A stretch of DNA of 64,000 nucleotides from the NCBI GenBank assembly GCA_951406725.2, contig OX597819.1, positions 61,752,001-61,816,000 of the forward strand, written 5' to 3'. A program made the translations under genes and the position numbers. Origin of the DNA: Octopus vulgaris. Its lineage: Eukaryota. The notes under the pieces were generated by a model. It had not been told where the DNA came from. It was given only the letters and a program-made list of their open reading frames with translations, and did not search any database. This document shows, in pieces, positions 1-14,589 of the stretch (its first letter is position 1; the number at the start of each line of letters is the position of its first letter).

Positions 1-172
1 TTTGATCATAAGTTTACTTGATCAGCAGTGTACTTTTGGAGGGAGTGGAAGAGCGGGAAGGCAAGCAAATACCAGGCCTTCTAATAGGTTCAATGTCCTC
101 CTCTTCGTTTTTTTCTTAAATGGAAAGGCAATATTGAGTAATCTCAATGGAAAATGTCTTCAAATAGTTAAG

Positions 173-206
173 GATTGGCCTTAAGCATACAACAAAACCG
201 GAAGTG
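173..206. promoter_or_regulatory. Possible core-promoter motifs: reverse CCAAT box (GATTGG, 173-178) and ETS/GABP-type site ACCGGAAGTG (197-206)
   Basis: Exact motif matches in non-repetitive sequence at the window start. Short motifs can occur by chance; no transcript evidence. Confidence 0.25.
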
Positions 207-1003
207 TGACTGCTTGCAAGAAAGTAGAGAAAAAGGATATTTTCATTGAAAATTATTTCCACTAGGCTCAATTATATAAACCCCCTCCTCTCTCTCTCTT
301 TCTCTGTTGGCATAAGCTATGTGTGTTTATTATACACATACATGTGTGTGTAATTTAGATTCTACCGAAAGAGAAGTGTTTCAGTTAGAAAGCTTACTCA
401 GTCGGTTGTGAATTCAATTATAATTTCATCATCACACTTGCTAACAAAAGTTAGAGAGCCCATAAATGTTTACATATTTTATACGTATGTAAGAAACCTT
501 TTAATAGGTGTAATTATGAAATCGAGAAAGTAAAATAGCAGCGTCCATAAATATTGATCCCTAATCAAAGACATTAATTGAACTGCTGCATATTATTTGA
601 TATATTCTATATCGGCTGCAATAGTCCTTTAATATTTAAACAATTCTTTCTCCATTCATAGCCATTGCTGTACATGTATCTCCTGTAAACTAACCAAACA
701 TTGAGTGTATTCATGTCTCTACATAGCCATTTTATTTCTACAGAAACTAATTGATTATTGGGTCATAAGTTTTTAGCTAAAATCTATACAGATATTTTAT
801 TTATGTTATACACCTTACAGTATCTGATATGTTACCTAACCGATGGGTAAACACACTAGCGTGTTAACTGAAACTGGTTGTGTCTTTCTATCCAAGGAGA
901 AAAATTTCATTTGCTTAACATAAAAAAAAAACTAGTCTTTAAAAAGTCTCCCCTCCACTACTGTCTGGTCTAGGAAGTTTCTTTTTTATTATTTACCATA
1001 GTT

Positions 1004-1307
1004 GTTTGTTCCTTCTTGAGCTATGCCTGGCTCATAAGGGCCAGTTTCCTGGTTTCATTGGCATATAGGTCCCCCACTTGGATGGGACACTAGTCCATTG
1101 TAGGTGAGCTGCTAGATGCAGGAGGTAAGGTTGAGAGAAAGTTGTGGCAAAAGAGTCATCAGAAGTTCGCAATTACCTTCTGCTGGAGCCGTGTGGAGCT
1201 TGGGTGTTTTACTCATAAACACACACACATTATCTGGTCTGAGATTCGAACCTGCAATCCCTTGACCACGAATCTGCTGCGCTAACTACTAGGTCATGTG
1301 CCACCTC
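1004..1307 (-). mobile_element. tRNA-derived SINE, family A (tail ...GCTCAAGAAGGAACAAACAA)
   Basis: Box A/box B-like head on minus strand (..CCTAGTAGTTAG..GGTTCGAATC); homologous to 48301-48596 and 61468-61737; 9-bp TSD ACCATAGTT at 995-1003 and 1308-1316. Confidence 0.85.
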
Positions 1308-1626
1308 ACCATAGTTTGTAGGTTGTTTTGATTATTGCTTTCGAGAAATGAGAGCAAATCTTCATTTTAAATACCTTGGCCTTCCTGTCACTAGGAAAGG
1401 CATCAAGCCAGAGAAAAATCAGTCTCCACAAACTATGTTTGACCCATGCAAGCCTGAAAAAGTGGATGTTAGTTGTTGATTGTGAAACTGGTGTTTAGGA
1501 AAATACAATGATTCCATTGTGTAGAATACAAAATACTTCATTTGGTTAAGATCTTTACTGATTAAGCAAATTGCAGGATCAGGTTTGAAACAGGTATTTT
1601 CTAAGTGTGCAAATGTTGGTTTTATT

Positions 1627-1855
1627 GACATTTTTGGTATTAAACTGCCTGAAACTGCCATTGGTTCTATAATACAAGTGACCTGTTTTAAAGCGATTTA
1701 AATTAAAAGCCTTCCATCAGAATTCTATTCTAAGTTGCGTTCCAAATACTTGCTTAATAATGGCAAAATTATTTTACTAAATATATAAATATTTTCCAAA
1801 TTAATTGAAACAAGGGCAGTGTGTTTTAACAGAAATATAATTACAAAAGGGTCAA
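1627..1855 (+). mobile_element. piggyBac-like MITE, family 1
   Basis: Homologous to the copy at 18693-18904; ends AAAAGGGTCAA (decayed AAAGGG-TTAA). Confidence 0.6.
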
Positions 1856-3436
1856 TGAGTAGATAGAGACGAAGTTGGGTTCATGAGCTGGGCATTGAGA
1901 TAATTAATTAAATCAAGCTTTCATTCCATTGGGACACCAGGGTAAGATGACTAAAGATAAGACCTGATAAGTGGGCCTATCCCTTTTGAATTTCAAAGGT
2001 CTGATAATATATTTCAGTGATAAAGGTCATTGGGATAATCATTTTCACACAAAGTTGCACTATTAGTTTAAAGCTTAATTTTTCTTGGAGCTAGAATACT
2101 GGCAATTATATAGCAATTATATATTAGCTGTTATCTAACAATTAGACAAGATACCCTTTGTTCTTGGCCTTTTTGCTTAAAACACAACTTTTTTTTTTTT
2201 TTCATTTTATAATTTCTCTACCCATTGACTTGTTTGTCCAATTTAGTTTGAGACAGAGAGAGAGTCTGTGCTGGGTAACCAATTGGAAAATAGCTGATCT
2301 GATCATGAAATTTACTGAACCCAGCTCTCAAAGTTGCAGTTTAAAATAGCTTCAGCTATGACCACAGCTGACTGACTGACTATGTGCACTGTTATTGGAT
2401 AGTTACAATTGGGTGGGTGTATGGGGAGAGCAGTTTGGTCTGCATATTACACATTAATATCATTAATCTGAAGTTAGAACAATACAAAGGTTTTGGAAAT
2501 AAAACTAATAGTTTTCAATTGGTAACATAAACTAATCAATACTGTTACTTTATTTTTTTTTTTTTAGTGAATGTCATTTTGATAGGAATGTATACAAAGA
2601 ATTGTCAGTTTTTATAGGATTTTTATTAAATTAGGATCAATTTTGCTTTGATTGTAAAATACACACTCCCACACCAATCTAGAAATAGTACTTTTCTCTC
2701 TTGTTGCATGTGAATGTGTATAAATAACTTGGCAGGGATACAAAAGTGGAATATTGGAATATGATAGCCCAGTGTTGAGCTAATATGAGGCTGTGGTGTA
2801 TCAGATTTGGTAGTAAATGATTTTCACCTGTCTAAATGCTACTAGCTGGTTTCTCTCGGCTATAATTGCCTTTTATTTGTTAATTCCACCTTGTTTCTCT
2901 ATGTCTATATATGTTTCTACATGTCTATGCAGTCATTATCATACAAGCATGTAAGGGCTGACGATTGCAGTTCGTAAGATAATACAGCTACGAAACAAAC
3001 TAATAAACCATAGAAGATATGAGGAAATTTCATTATTCAGATTCCAGATTGCTGTCGATCTCTAAGCAGAAGAAGTGTGTTCATTTACAATCCTAAATTG
3101 AAACTTGATATTCACTTTTATAATATTGGTTGAACAGTTACAGTTGCCGAGTCTAAATTAACTGTATCATTGTTAAAGATAGATGGCAAGGAAAGCTGAG
3201 TGATAGAATTTGGTGGTTCCTTTATGTTTTTGCTTAAAATCTCTCATCTCTTCAGAGTCAATGAAATAAATATGAGTTATATAATAAAGTCATTGTCTCT
3301 AAGACATGATGAGAATAATGATGATCATTTGATGCCTATTTTTTTATGCTGGCATGGTTTGGACAATAAAGAAATCTTTTTGCATACTTCAGTTACATGA
3401 GGCAATTTTAGTGAGTTACATATTCTCTACATTATT

Positions 3437-3768
3437 CATCATCATCATCATCATCACCTAATGTCCATATTCCATGTTCACATGGGTTGGATTGATTGAC
3501 AGAAGCTGGTGGATTGATTGACAGGAGCTGGCAAGCATGGATGTTGTTTCATGTGATGCTGGCACTGGTGCCAATATGGCACCGGCAATGGTACTTTTTA
3601 TGTGTATTTTCAACCATATAGTTAGTGTTAGAAAGGGCATCCGGCCATAGAAACCATGCCAAATCAGATTGGAACCATGTGCAGCTCTCCATCTCACCAA
3701 TTTCAGTCAAACTGTCTAACCCATGCCAGCATGGAGAGCAGACACTAAATGATAATGATGATGATGAT
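3437..3768. mobile_element. Two oppositely oriented 3' tails of a (GAT)n-terminated, RTE-like non-autonomous retroelement
   Basis: (CAT)n..TCCATG..CATGGGTTGGA at 3437-3540 and its reverse-complement-like form AACCCATGCCAGCATGGA..(GAT)n at ~3620-3768. The same tail recurs many times in the window. Confidence 0.7.
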
Positions 3769-3902
3769 ATTGGCACTGAATAATAAAAAGTATTTATTGA
3801 CAGTTTTTTCTTTCAGTGTTGAGGAGCTTTTTGTTTTCTCAGTTCTTCTATTACCAAGCATTCAGTTCTGCGATACCATCAAGTAGTTTTAGTCTTTTTG
3901 TT

Positions 3903-4267
3903 GTTGAGGCACAATGGCTCAGTGGTTAGGGCAGCAGACTCGTGGTTGTGGGATTGCAGTTTTGATTCCCGGACCGGGCGTTGTGAGTGTTTATTGAGGA
4001 AGAACACCTAAAGCTCCACAAGGCTCCAGCAGGGGGTGGTGGCGAACCCTGCTGTATTCTTTCACCACAACTTTCTCTCACTCTTTCTTCTTGTTTCTGT
4101 TGTACCTGTATTTCAAAGGGCCAGACTTGTCACACTCAGTGTTACGCTAAATATCCCCAAGAACTACGTTAAGGGTACACATGTCTGTGGAGTGCTCAGC
4201 CACTTGCACGTTAATTTCACAAGCAGGCTGTTCCATTGATTGGATCAACTGGAACCCTTGTGCCATG
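3903..4267 (+). mobile_element. tRNA-derived SINE, family B
   Basis: Head TGGCTCAGTGGTTAGG..GTTTTGATTCC; 12-bp TSD AGTCTTTTTGTT at 3891-3902 and 4268-4279; second copy at 7099-7476 (-). Confidence 0.85.
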
Positions 4268-5020
4268 AGTCTTTTTGTTTACCAAATATTGGATGTCATA
4301 CCTGTTTTCTAGTTAGTGAAACTTTTGGTATCTGCCTATCTTGTTACCTTATTTTAATCCAAAGTATTTTGTTGATTAGTTTAGTAGTATCTTGTTTATC
4401 TCAAAATATTTAGTTAATTATCCAATTATGTTATGAGACTTTCAACTAACTGAAATATTCTCTAACCAAAGCCAAATATAGAGTTGAAATATCTGAAACT
4501 ATCTGGACGAACAACTCTCATAGTTCCCAATTTTAAATTCACTGCAGTTGTTCTGTTTGTGTTTCTGATACCAGCCACATAATCCACTTTCTGCTGACTG
4601 TTAGAAATAGGTACCAAGTCCAGTAATATCACCTTCAAAACCCTGGTATCTTATCTTGATTATTTATCTTTCATTCTTTCAATGCCATAGAACACATTGT
4701 AAGCAGCAGTACTTTATAAATGTTTTATGACTACAGACAGCGCTTAGTCATATATTTCAGTGATAAAACATAACTGATTTTGTTTTCCTTGTCAGCATTT
4801 ATTTATTGAGGTATATCACAATGTACCTGCTCTGACCAAGTAAATCCTCAGACCTATTGATCTCTTAATCCTTAATTTTGTAGCTTTACATAACTCTTGC
4901 TACCAAGTACACTTGTAAATTGTGTGAGTGTGTGTTTGTGATGATGCTTATGTAACTTGAAAATAATAAATACAAAAGAACCGAAGAACGAACCCAGTAC
5001 CTATTTCAGTTTATTCAAAT

Positions 5021-5463
5021 CATCATCATCATCATCCATTTAATGGCCCCTTTATCTTACTTACATGAATCAGACAGAATTCATTGAAGCAGCTTTTCTA
5101 TGGCTAGGTGCCCTTCATGTCATCATACTACAACTGTTTCCTAGCAATATATTTCCCATATTTCCCGATGGCAGGACACGCTTTTCACAGATGACTCAAA
5201 ATGAGGGACACTTCTTGCATGAGAGTGAGGGTCATTAATAACTAACCGGATATCAAGGCAGAGGCATAAACATTCATACACATGCACACTCACACATACA
5301 CAATTGACTTTTTTTCCAGTTTCCATCTATACCAGATCTACTCACAAAGTTTTGGTTGACCTCGATCTATAGTAGAAGACACTTGCCTTGGGTGTCACAC
5401 CATGGGATTGCACCTGGAGCCACGTGATTGGGAAGTGAACTTCTTAACCATGCAACTATGCCT
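5021..5463 (-). mobile_element. Composite SINE: family H head + microsatellite + (GAT)n RTE-like tail
   Basis: Reverse complement matches the head GGCA(C/T)GGCTGTGTGGT(T)AAGAAG.. and the tail seen at 33870-34228 and 43722-44143. Confidence 0.75.
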
Positions 5464-5490
5464 GAACCTGTTTATAAAATGTTTTAAACA

Positions 5491-5638
5491 TAGGCACAGG
5501 CATGGCTCTGCAGTAAGAAGCTTGCTTCTCAACTACATTGCATGGCACCTTGCGCATATATAATCCTCCACTATAGACTTGGGCTGACCAAAACTTTCTG
5601 TGTAGGTCTGGTAGATGGAAACTGTAAGAAGTCCATCC

Positions 5639-5671
<33 letters not shown>

Positions 5672-6135
5672 CATCATTTAACGTCTGTTGTCCATGCTGG
5701 TTGGACGGTTTGACTGGGCTGCCACGCTGGAAGGCTACGCCAGTCTCCAGTCTGATTTGGCATGGTTTTCTACAGCTGGATGCCCTTCCAACGTCAACCA
5801 CTCCAAGAGTGTAATGGGAGCATTTACATGCCACTGGCATGGGTGCCATTTGCGTGACACACCTGGATGCATTTACGTGCCACCAGTACGGGTGCTGAAT
5901 TGTGTGACACTGGTATCTACCGCACACGTGTGTCTGCGTTTGTCCCCCGCCATCGCTTGACAACAGGTGTTGAGGTGTTTATATCCCTGTGACTTGGTGG
6001 TTCAGCAGAGGAGCTCAATAGAATGAGAACCAGACTTAGAAATATAAATACTGGACTCAATCCATTCTATTAAAATTCTTCAAGGCACACCTCCAGCATG
6101 GCTGCTGTCTAATGATTAAATCCAGTAAAAGATGG
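5491..6135 (+). mobile_element. Family H SINE (tail X) with a nested minus-strand (GAT)n-tail element at ~5672-5915
   Basis: Head 5491-5635, (TA)n, inserted element, then tail CCACCATCGCTTGACAAC..CCAGCATGGC..GTAAAAGA. Confidence 0.75.
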
Positions 6136-6907
6136 AAGATACTTATTCAACATTCTACTGGTGGCCACTTCTGGCATGTTTTCTCTTGCTTAAAAAGACT
6201 CCTTTTTGTAGTAAGGTTCTTATGGTTTGGTAAACTTTGTGTGTGTGTGTGTGTTGATTATAGTTATTCATACAATAGCTTCTTACATCTTAGTAAATAT
6301 TTTCTATCATTCTTTTATTTTATTTCCATACAAAAATCGTTAATTTGTTTAATACATACATAGTTGTATGTAATTAACCTAGCTTGTTTTTAAATTCATA
6401 CATTTCATTATCAGCGTGCGCATATGCTTGGATACTTGTCTGACCCATTTTCAGAGAGTATCAAAAATCTCTTGTCACTATTTTGTTTACAAACCAGAGA
6501 GGAAAAAAAAATAAGAAGAAAAATACTGCCTTGTCATATCTGCTTGCTTTCAGTCATTCTCTGCAATGAGGACATACCTACCACATTAAGCTTTTCGCAA
6601 TGACTATAAGTTTTATTGCGAGATGGAACACAAGACAATGGTTGACCACGTCCATGCTTTGCTTTATTAAAATTTTATATTGTGCCCTCTTTTCATTCAC
6701 TTCCATCAACAATCAACTGGATTTCAAGTCCATTTAGAGAAGAATTAAAAATATTAGTCAAATTAAAACCTTCCTTCAAAATTTCATGTTGATTTATATC
6801 TCCCAAACCACTTTAATAATAGCAGTGTTATTTTACAAAATTCTTTGTTATTGGTTGTGTATTTTAACAGAAATATAACAAAAGAGTTAAAAGTTAAAAT
6901 AATGGAT

Positions 6908-7702
6908 AGGCGCAAGAGTGGCTGTGTGGTAAGAAGCTTGCTTCCCTACCACATGGTTCTGGGTTCAGTCCCAATGCGGGACACCTTGGGCATGTGTCTT
7001 CTACTATAGCCTTGGGCTGACCAAAGCCTTGTGAGTGGATTTGGTAGACAGAAACTGAAAGAAGCCCGTTTTATATATATATATATATATATATATCGTG
7101 GTACTCCATCATTTACAACGTTGACGGTTCCAGTTGATCCAATCAACATAACATCCTGCTTGTAAAATTAACGTGCAAGTGGCTGAGCGCTCCACAGACA
7201 CATATACCCTTAACGTAGTTCTCAGGGAGATTCAGCATGATACAGAGTGTGACAAGGCTGGCACTTTGAAATACAGGTACAACAGAAATAGGAAGAAAGA
7301 GTGAGAGAAAGTTGTGGTGAAAGAGTACAGCAGGGTTCGCACTACCCTCTGCTGGAGCCTGGTGAAGCTTTAGGTGTTTTCACTCAATAAACACTCACAA
7401 TGCCCGGACTAGGAATCAAAACCACAATCCTACGACCATGAGTCTGCTGTCCTAACCACTGGGCCATTGTGCCTCCACACATACATGTGTGTGTGCCTGT
7501 GTTTGTGCTCCACCATCGCTTGACAACCGATGTCGGTGTGTTTACATCCCCGTAACTTAGCGGTTCGGCTAAAGAGACCAATAAAATAAGTATTAGGCTT
7601 ACAACGAATAAGTCCTGGGGTCGATTTGTTCAACTAAAAGCGATGCTCCAGAATGGTCGCAATCAAATAACTCAAGCAAGTAAAAGAAAAGAAAAAGAAT
7701 AA
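6908..7702 (+). mobile_element. Family H SINE (tail X) with a family B SINE nested in its internal microsatellite
   Basis: Well-preserved head GGCGCAAGAGTGGCTGTGTGGTAAGAAGCTTGCTTCC..GGTTCAGTCCC and tail ending GTAAAAGAAAAGAAAAAGAATAAAA. Confidence 0.85.
7099..7476 (-). mobile_element. tRNA-derived SINE, family B (nested)
   Basis: Reverse complement aligns along its length with 3903-4267. Confidence 0.85.
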
Positions 7703-7817
7703 AAGCCTGTGGAAGCTTTATTATAATTAGTTTTGCATCCAACTTTTGATGAGTTCAAATTCCATACTTTCCACCTTACGCATTTGCTTGATTACAACGT
7801 CTTTAACTTTTTAGTAC

Positions 7818-8010
7818 TGAACCCTTTAGTGTTTGGGAATATGTTGTCAAATGTAATGCTTATTTATTCACATTGTTTTGAATTAATTGTGCATTGTCTT
7901 GCGGCTTTGAGATTTCAAAGACGTGATTGTTTACTTTTAGAATGACATTGTAGGGTAGGTGTGAAAGGCTGGATCTGGCCAGTTGGAAAATAAAGCAGTT
8001 GAATACATGG
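7818..8010 (+). mobile_element. piggyBac-like MITE, family 2 (partial)
   Basis: Clearly homologous to 30564-30790 (shared TTATTTATTCACATTGTTTTGAATTAAT..TTTTAGAATGACATTGTAGGGTAGGTGTGA). Confidence 0.6.
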
Positions 8011-8021
8011 TGTACCTAGAG

Positions 8022-8079
8022 CAGAAGTTCTCAGACATTTTAATATCCAGGCCAGATCCCAAACCTGGATTTTGGGTTC

Positions 8080-8116
<37 letters not shown>

Positions 8117-8225
8117 CAAAAAAACCTTAAAACAAAAGTCAGTTAAAGAAAAATTTATTATATTTATAGATGAAAGATCATCAAGGGCTACATGTGGCCC
8201 TAGGAGTCACATTTGAGAACCGTTG
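8022..8225. mobile_element. hAT (Charlie-like) MITE
   Basis: Imperfect TIRs CAGAAGTTCTCAGA / TTTGAGAACCGTTG; flanking 8-mers ACCTAGAG and ACCCAAAG (6/8) fit a decayed 8-bp TSD. Confidence 0.55.
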
Positions 8226-9945
8226 ACCCAAAGTGTCAAGTGACATGAATTTACTGTTTTACATTTCATTATTTAATTGTAGCTTTTGTCATTTTTTGTT
8301 GGATTCCTTTCTTTCTGTTGCTGAAGCTACTAAATCAAACATTTTACTTAATCCAACTATTATACTCTGATCATTTAAACACTATCATATTGTGAACTTA
8401 GAGATTTTTTTTTTGTTTGTTTGTTTTTGCTCTTAATCTATTTTTCTTTTCATTGAGGTTAATCTTTTATCTTGTGTCACAATCTTCTCTGACACTTATT
8501 TCACTTCAGCTTCAATGGCTGACATAGGAGTTTGTAGTAAAATAACAACCTCACAACCTGATTTAATATCTCTCTATTTCTCTGGCTGGCTCGTATTGTT
8601 TACAGTCTGTTTTAAGTTATATTAAGTACTACTTCATGATATGCTCAGGATAAAATTTTCATTGTTTTAGAATTAAAAATCTGGAAGATAATTTTTTTTT
8701 TTTCAAAGGTTCAATTGCTACTGTTATCAGCTCATATTAGATTATCATCAGCATCATTATCATCACCATTTTAACATCCACCTTTCCATGCTTTCATGGG
8801 TCAGGCAGGATTCATTGGGATGGATTTTCTGTAGCTGGATGCCAACCCTCACTTGTTTCCAAGTGGAGGTTTTATGGAGGATTAGAAATGAGTACTACTA
8901 TATCTATGAGAGTGGTGCTCCTTTGCAACTACCATGTTATGTCAAGACAAGGAAACATACATACACACATATATACACACATGTGAGTGAATGTGTTTGT
9001 GCTGTGAGTTTGTATTTCTCCTTGTCTTTACATTTTTGCCAACTGCAAAGGAAGCAATAGCCTTGCTATTAATATAGACAGTGTTGTTTTATGCTTGCGT
9101 AACAACATAAGTGTGTGTTTGTATCCCTAATATTACTTGACAACCGATGGTGTGTTTACATCCCCATGACTTAGCGGTTCGGCAAAAAAGAGACTGATAG
9201 AATAAGTACTAGGCTTATGAAGAGTAAGTTCCAGGATCGATTTGTTCGACTAAAAAGGTGGTGCTCCAGCATGGCCGTAGTCAAATGACTGAAACAAGAA
9301 AAAAAAAATAGAATTATAAGTCATAAGAACAATATTTGCAACTGTTACTTTTATTAAGAGTGTCTTACTATTTCAAAGTATTCTGCTAACCCTTTTTATA
9401 CCAACCTGCCTGAAACAGCTCCTCGTTCTATAATACACACTCTTTGCCTTTAAGTTATCTTAAAACTTTTTCAACAAAATTTCATGCTTATTTATGATCC
9501 ATATGCCAGCATAGTCATGACAAAGTTATTTTGCTATTATTTTCAAAATTTATTGAAACAAATTCTGTGTATTTTAAACAAAACACAGTAACAAAAGTAC
9601 CAGATATTTTATGAAATATAGTTATATTTAATTTGTGACTACTACAAATTCTATTGGGGTGAACTTTATCTTCCATTTCCTGGAATCATTGAAATAAGTG
9701 GATGTAATTGATTCAGATTCTGTATCAGTCACAATTTGCAGAAGAAAAGTAATTGAAATACACATTATTGTAGAGTAAATAATTCCATTCAAGAACTGTT
9801 CTTTTTACTAAATACTATACACTCTATTGTGCTTACGTCAACCAGAGATTGTTGTTAGAAAATATGGCTTTAGTATCAGCATGCAATAGCCAATACATAG
9901 TGTCGCAATCTCTTCTTAGCCTTTATATATCAATAATCTCCTTTT

Positions 9946-9977
<32 letters not shown>

Positions 9978-10675
9978 AATAGATCAAGCTAAATTATCTA
10001 GCATCTAGCTGCTAAACGTTCTGGTCATTTGGTATAGAATTATCGGATTGTTTGTTTTTTTGTTTTGTTTTTTCTATTTTAGTCTGTATAAGAGGTTATT
10101 CATAACTTTTGCAATGTTGTTGTTTAAGCCCCACCCAAATCAGCTCTTATGAGGCAGGTCGTAAGTATTCCAGTTTTGACTTGCCACCTTTTTGTATATA
10201 TATATATATATATATAAGGATCTGATTTGGTGAGTTGTAGGTGGTGGTCATCGTTGGGTTGGCGTAACTAACATGTCACTGGACTGAAGGATATTTACAT
10301 TTAGACCCCGGTCGAACCGTCCAACCCATGCTAGCATGGAAAATGGACGTTGAACAATGATGATGATGATGATATATGTATGTATTTACATATGTGTGTA
10401 TGTATGTATATTTACATTTATATGTGCGTGTATGTATTGCACATGAAACAATTTAAATGCATGATTGTGTGTGTGAAAGTTTTCTTTTATTATTTTACTT
10501 CGGTCATTGGACTGTGGCCATACTGGGGCACTCCCTTCAGGGGTTTCAATGATAAAATTAATCCCAGCATGGCATTTATTCAGTATTTCTTTTTTTGCCA
10601 CACTACTAATTTACAGGAATATAAAGTTGTCAATTGATGAGTCACATGCACAACCACATTCACACACACACACAT

Positions 10676-10718
<43 letters not shown>

Positions 10719-13154
10719 ATGTGCATGTATAACAAGTGACAGATTTATGCAACAAAAAGCAGGGGAGATAATTTTGAAGATACAATTTGTAAAATATTTG
10801 TAGTGTTCCTACTTGTCTTGGCATTGCATGATAGTTGTAAACAAGTGTCACTGTCATACAAGCGGTTTCTTTCATTTCCAATCTTGGGTGAAAACATATC
10901 TCATCATGGGAAAGTATTAACTTATTTGGAAACGGGTGAGGATTGGCAACAGGAAGAGCATTCCCCTGTAGTAAATCTGTCTCAACAGATTTCATCTGAG
11001 CCATGCAAGCATGGAATGGTTCATACCAAAACGAAGATGATGATGATTATTCAAATGTTACAAGGCCAGGCACACAGAAGAGAAAGAAAGGAAGAAAAAT
11101 CGAAAACATTTTATGCCAACATTGAAGCTAGTCCGTAGACATAAAACTGCATCAAATTCATTTATTTCCTTTATATGTATTTTTAGACATCCCCCTCCCC
11201 CGCTTCCTTCTGAAAATTAAAAATGAAAGCATCAATCGTTATTCAAATACTGTGCTGTTTTTTTTTGCAGTGCACATTACTGGCTGTAATCAAAGTATTC
11301 CTCTCTCAATCTGCATATGTGCATAATAAGAATGTTTTGCATGCACATTAGAACTGACGACTTTATTAAATTTTAGATATTTAGATATTAATCTAAATCT
11401 TCAGTGAAATTCTGAAATATCATTAACAGCGTGTATGGCAATGCTTCGATGTGGTTCACCTTTAAATTATGTCAATAATTGATTTCTAACAGATTATGGA
11501 ATATAATTTTGTAATCTGCTTACATTGTAGTTAATAGGAAAAGCTTAAAAGAAAATTTTTCAGAGCAAAATGACAAAAACTTATCCACATTTCCGCGATG
11601 CTTTAATCTTTTTTTTTCTTTATTTAATAAAACATAAAATCATTATTAATGTTCATTCATTAGTTTATTTTACGTCCAATTTTCCATGTGAGATTGTATT
11701 AAAGGAATATATCATTGAGGTATTCATTGTTTTACTGCTGGATGCCCTTCCTGTTGCTAACCCTTACCTGTTCTTTTTTTTTTTGAGTAAAGGATCTCTT
11801 ATTTCACACATCTTTGAAAATGCTAAGTGGGTGGGTGATTTGTTGACAGGTGAAGTGATGACAACAGCACTGTATATAATAAGTAACTTTTGTAGAACTT
11901 ATATGTTAGCCCACACACACAACACATACACATAACCCACATGGAGACTTCATTCAGTTTCTATGTTCCAAATACATTCACAAGGCTTATTGCATGGCAA
12001 GTGCGCAGGGTTTGTATGTTTCCTGTGAAGTTGACTATATGCAAATAAATTCTTTAAAGGCATACTTTAAATTATTATATTATTCTTCAATGTTTCAAAT
12101 GGGATGTGTCTATTTACCTTTCATTGGCTGCAGCCTTCAGGCTACAGTGTTTCTAATGCAAGCCATAATTTGTGTGTGTGTGTTCATATATTCTCAGAAT
12201 GAATGTGGTTTACAAGTATTAATTTCTTGCAACAGATTCTGATGATGAGCACTTTCTGAAGACCCAGTGTACTCTCACAAAATAGGTTGAAAAAAAAAAA
12301 AACCCTCCTTCCTTCCTTCTCCCCCTCCCTCTCCATCCTTTTTTTAATGCCAAGTTGCAAAAGAAAAAAATGGAGTTGATGGTTGTTTGGCTTCAGAAAA
12401 GCCGACTAGGATTTTACGTCAGTTAATTGTTGAGGATGAATACAGAGATAATTGCTCTATTCAACCGTGATAGCTGTTGAGAAAAAGAATGAGGAAGCCA
12501 TTTGATGGGTACAATACAATTTAAGTGGTAATTTCATTGTTAAAAGCATTACAAGTGCAGAGAAAGAGAGAGAGACAGACAGACAGACAACTGTCTGATC
12601 ACCAGCAAAGGTTGTAAATACAGTTCATTGTGTAATAGGGCTACATTCTGTTTGTATACTGTAAAACCCCTTAACAATAAAGTTGTGGGAGTTCCCTTCA
12701 CTTAGTAAAGCTAAGAGGTTGTTGATATGTGTTGCAGTTTTAGTGAAAGACATAAGTGAATTTTTAAACTGTCTAGAAGCACAGACTATTTCCATAACCC
12801 AGGGTGAAAAGTTAGTTGGCTTGATGTATGGGTTGGGAGTGTTCCTTATAAACCTTGAAAATATTCATCTATTTTTTCCATAAGTTTACATGTGTTAGTT
12901 GTCTCTCTCTCCAGTTCGGACATTTATACATTTCATGTGCAAATGTACTTACATCTGGATGCACTTTTTACTGTTAATCGCTCATGTGTGGAAACTGCTC
13001 ATCTGTTTGCTTGTTGAAGTATAAGCTTTGATCTGAGACTTAAAAACACTACAATTAGGTTTGAATTCGTGACCGTATGGCAAGTTGTTCAGCACATAAT
13101 TTTATGCAGACATTCTTTTGTCTTAGGAATTAATAGTCAAACTATTTGCGTTGA

Positions 13155-14100
13155 TGTGGCTGTGTAGTAAGAAATTTACTTCCTAACCACATGGTTGCTA
13201 GTTCAGTCCCACTGCATGGTATCTTTCTTATTTCTTTATTGCCCACAAGGGGCTCAACATAGAGGGGACAAACAAGGACAGACAAAGGGATTAAGGTGAT
13301 AACATCGACCCCAATGCATAACTGGTACTTAATTTATCGATCCCAAAAGGATGAAAGGCAAAGTCAACCTCAACAGAATTTGAACTCAGAACGTATCGGC
13401 AAACGAAATACCACTGCACTTAATAGACAGAAATTGAAGAAGCCTGTTTTATATATATATATATGTATATGTATATATATAACTCATATATATGTGTGTG
13501 CTTTTTGTGTCTGTGATTGTCCCCCACCAATGCTTGATGGCTGGTGTGTTTACATTCCCTAACTTAGCACTTCAGCAAAAAGTGAACAATAGAATAAGTT
13601 ACCAGGCTTTAAGAAGTAAAATTTTTTTTTTTAAAAAAAACAAGCACTAGGACCAATTCATTCGGCAAAATTCTTCAAGGTTGTGCCTCAACATGGCCAC
13701 AATCTAATGACTGAGACATTAAAGAGAGTTGCAGGCATGGTTGTGCGGTTAAGAAGCTCACTTTGCAACCACATACTTTCAGGTTCAGTCCTATTGCGCA
13801 GCTCCTTGGACAAGCATTTTCTACTATAGATTGAGTTGACCAATGCCTTGTGAGTGAATTTGATAGATAGGAAATGTGGAAGTCTGTAGCATACATGTCT
13901 TGACTTTATGACTGTGTTTCTTACTCTACCGCTTGACAACCAGTGTGTGTTTAATTATGTCCCTGTAACTTAGAAGTTCAGAAAAAGAGATCAATACAAT
14001 AAGTATCTGACTTAATGGGGGCTAATTTGTTCAACCAAAGCCATTCACTCATTGGCCCCATCAGGGTTGCAGTCTAGTGACCGAAACAGTTAAAAGAAAT
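13155..14100 (+). mobile_element. Two tandem family H SINEs (13155-13722, 13731-14100); the first is interrupted by a minus-strand family M SINE at ~13222-13415
   Basis: Recognisable heads and X tails; the insert carries AAAGGATGAAAGGCAAAGTCAACCTC..GAATTTGAACTCAGAACGTA. Confidence 0.75.
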
Positions 14101-14589
14101 AAGAGGACAAGGTACTTATCTATGTAATATCTGTTTGGGATGAGAAGAGAAATAGCCTTATGGATCCTGATAGAAATAGGTACCAGAACTTCTAGGAAGT
14201 TCTTATTGTAACAGGAGTTTTTCATAATTCTATTTATATAAAACCAAGCTAACCACTTGGTTTCTGAAACTTTGATCCTCATGAAATGATGAACTTTTTC
14301 AATTAGAATCTTAGAAAATGTATTGATTTCTATATTGTTAATTTCATATTGATTAGTTGTTAATGCTTAAACGTGTCCAAGATACACACTTCAATGCAAC
14401 TGTGTGCTCTTATATCTGTAAATATGTATCACTTGTGTTTCAAACTGTATTTGGAATACATTCACTTAATTACCTGCTATTTCTACATTCATGTTTTCTT
14501 AGCTCTTTTCCACTTGAAGCTACTTGTTTATTTTTCTCTATATTTTATTATTCACACTTCTTCATATCCATGTTATGTCTAGTCTCTCC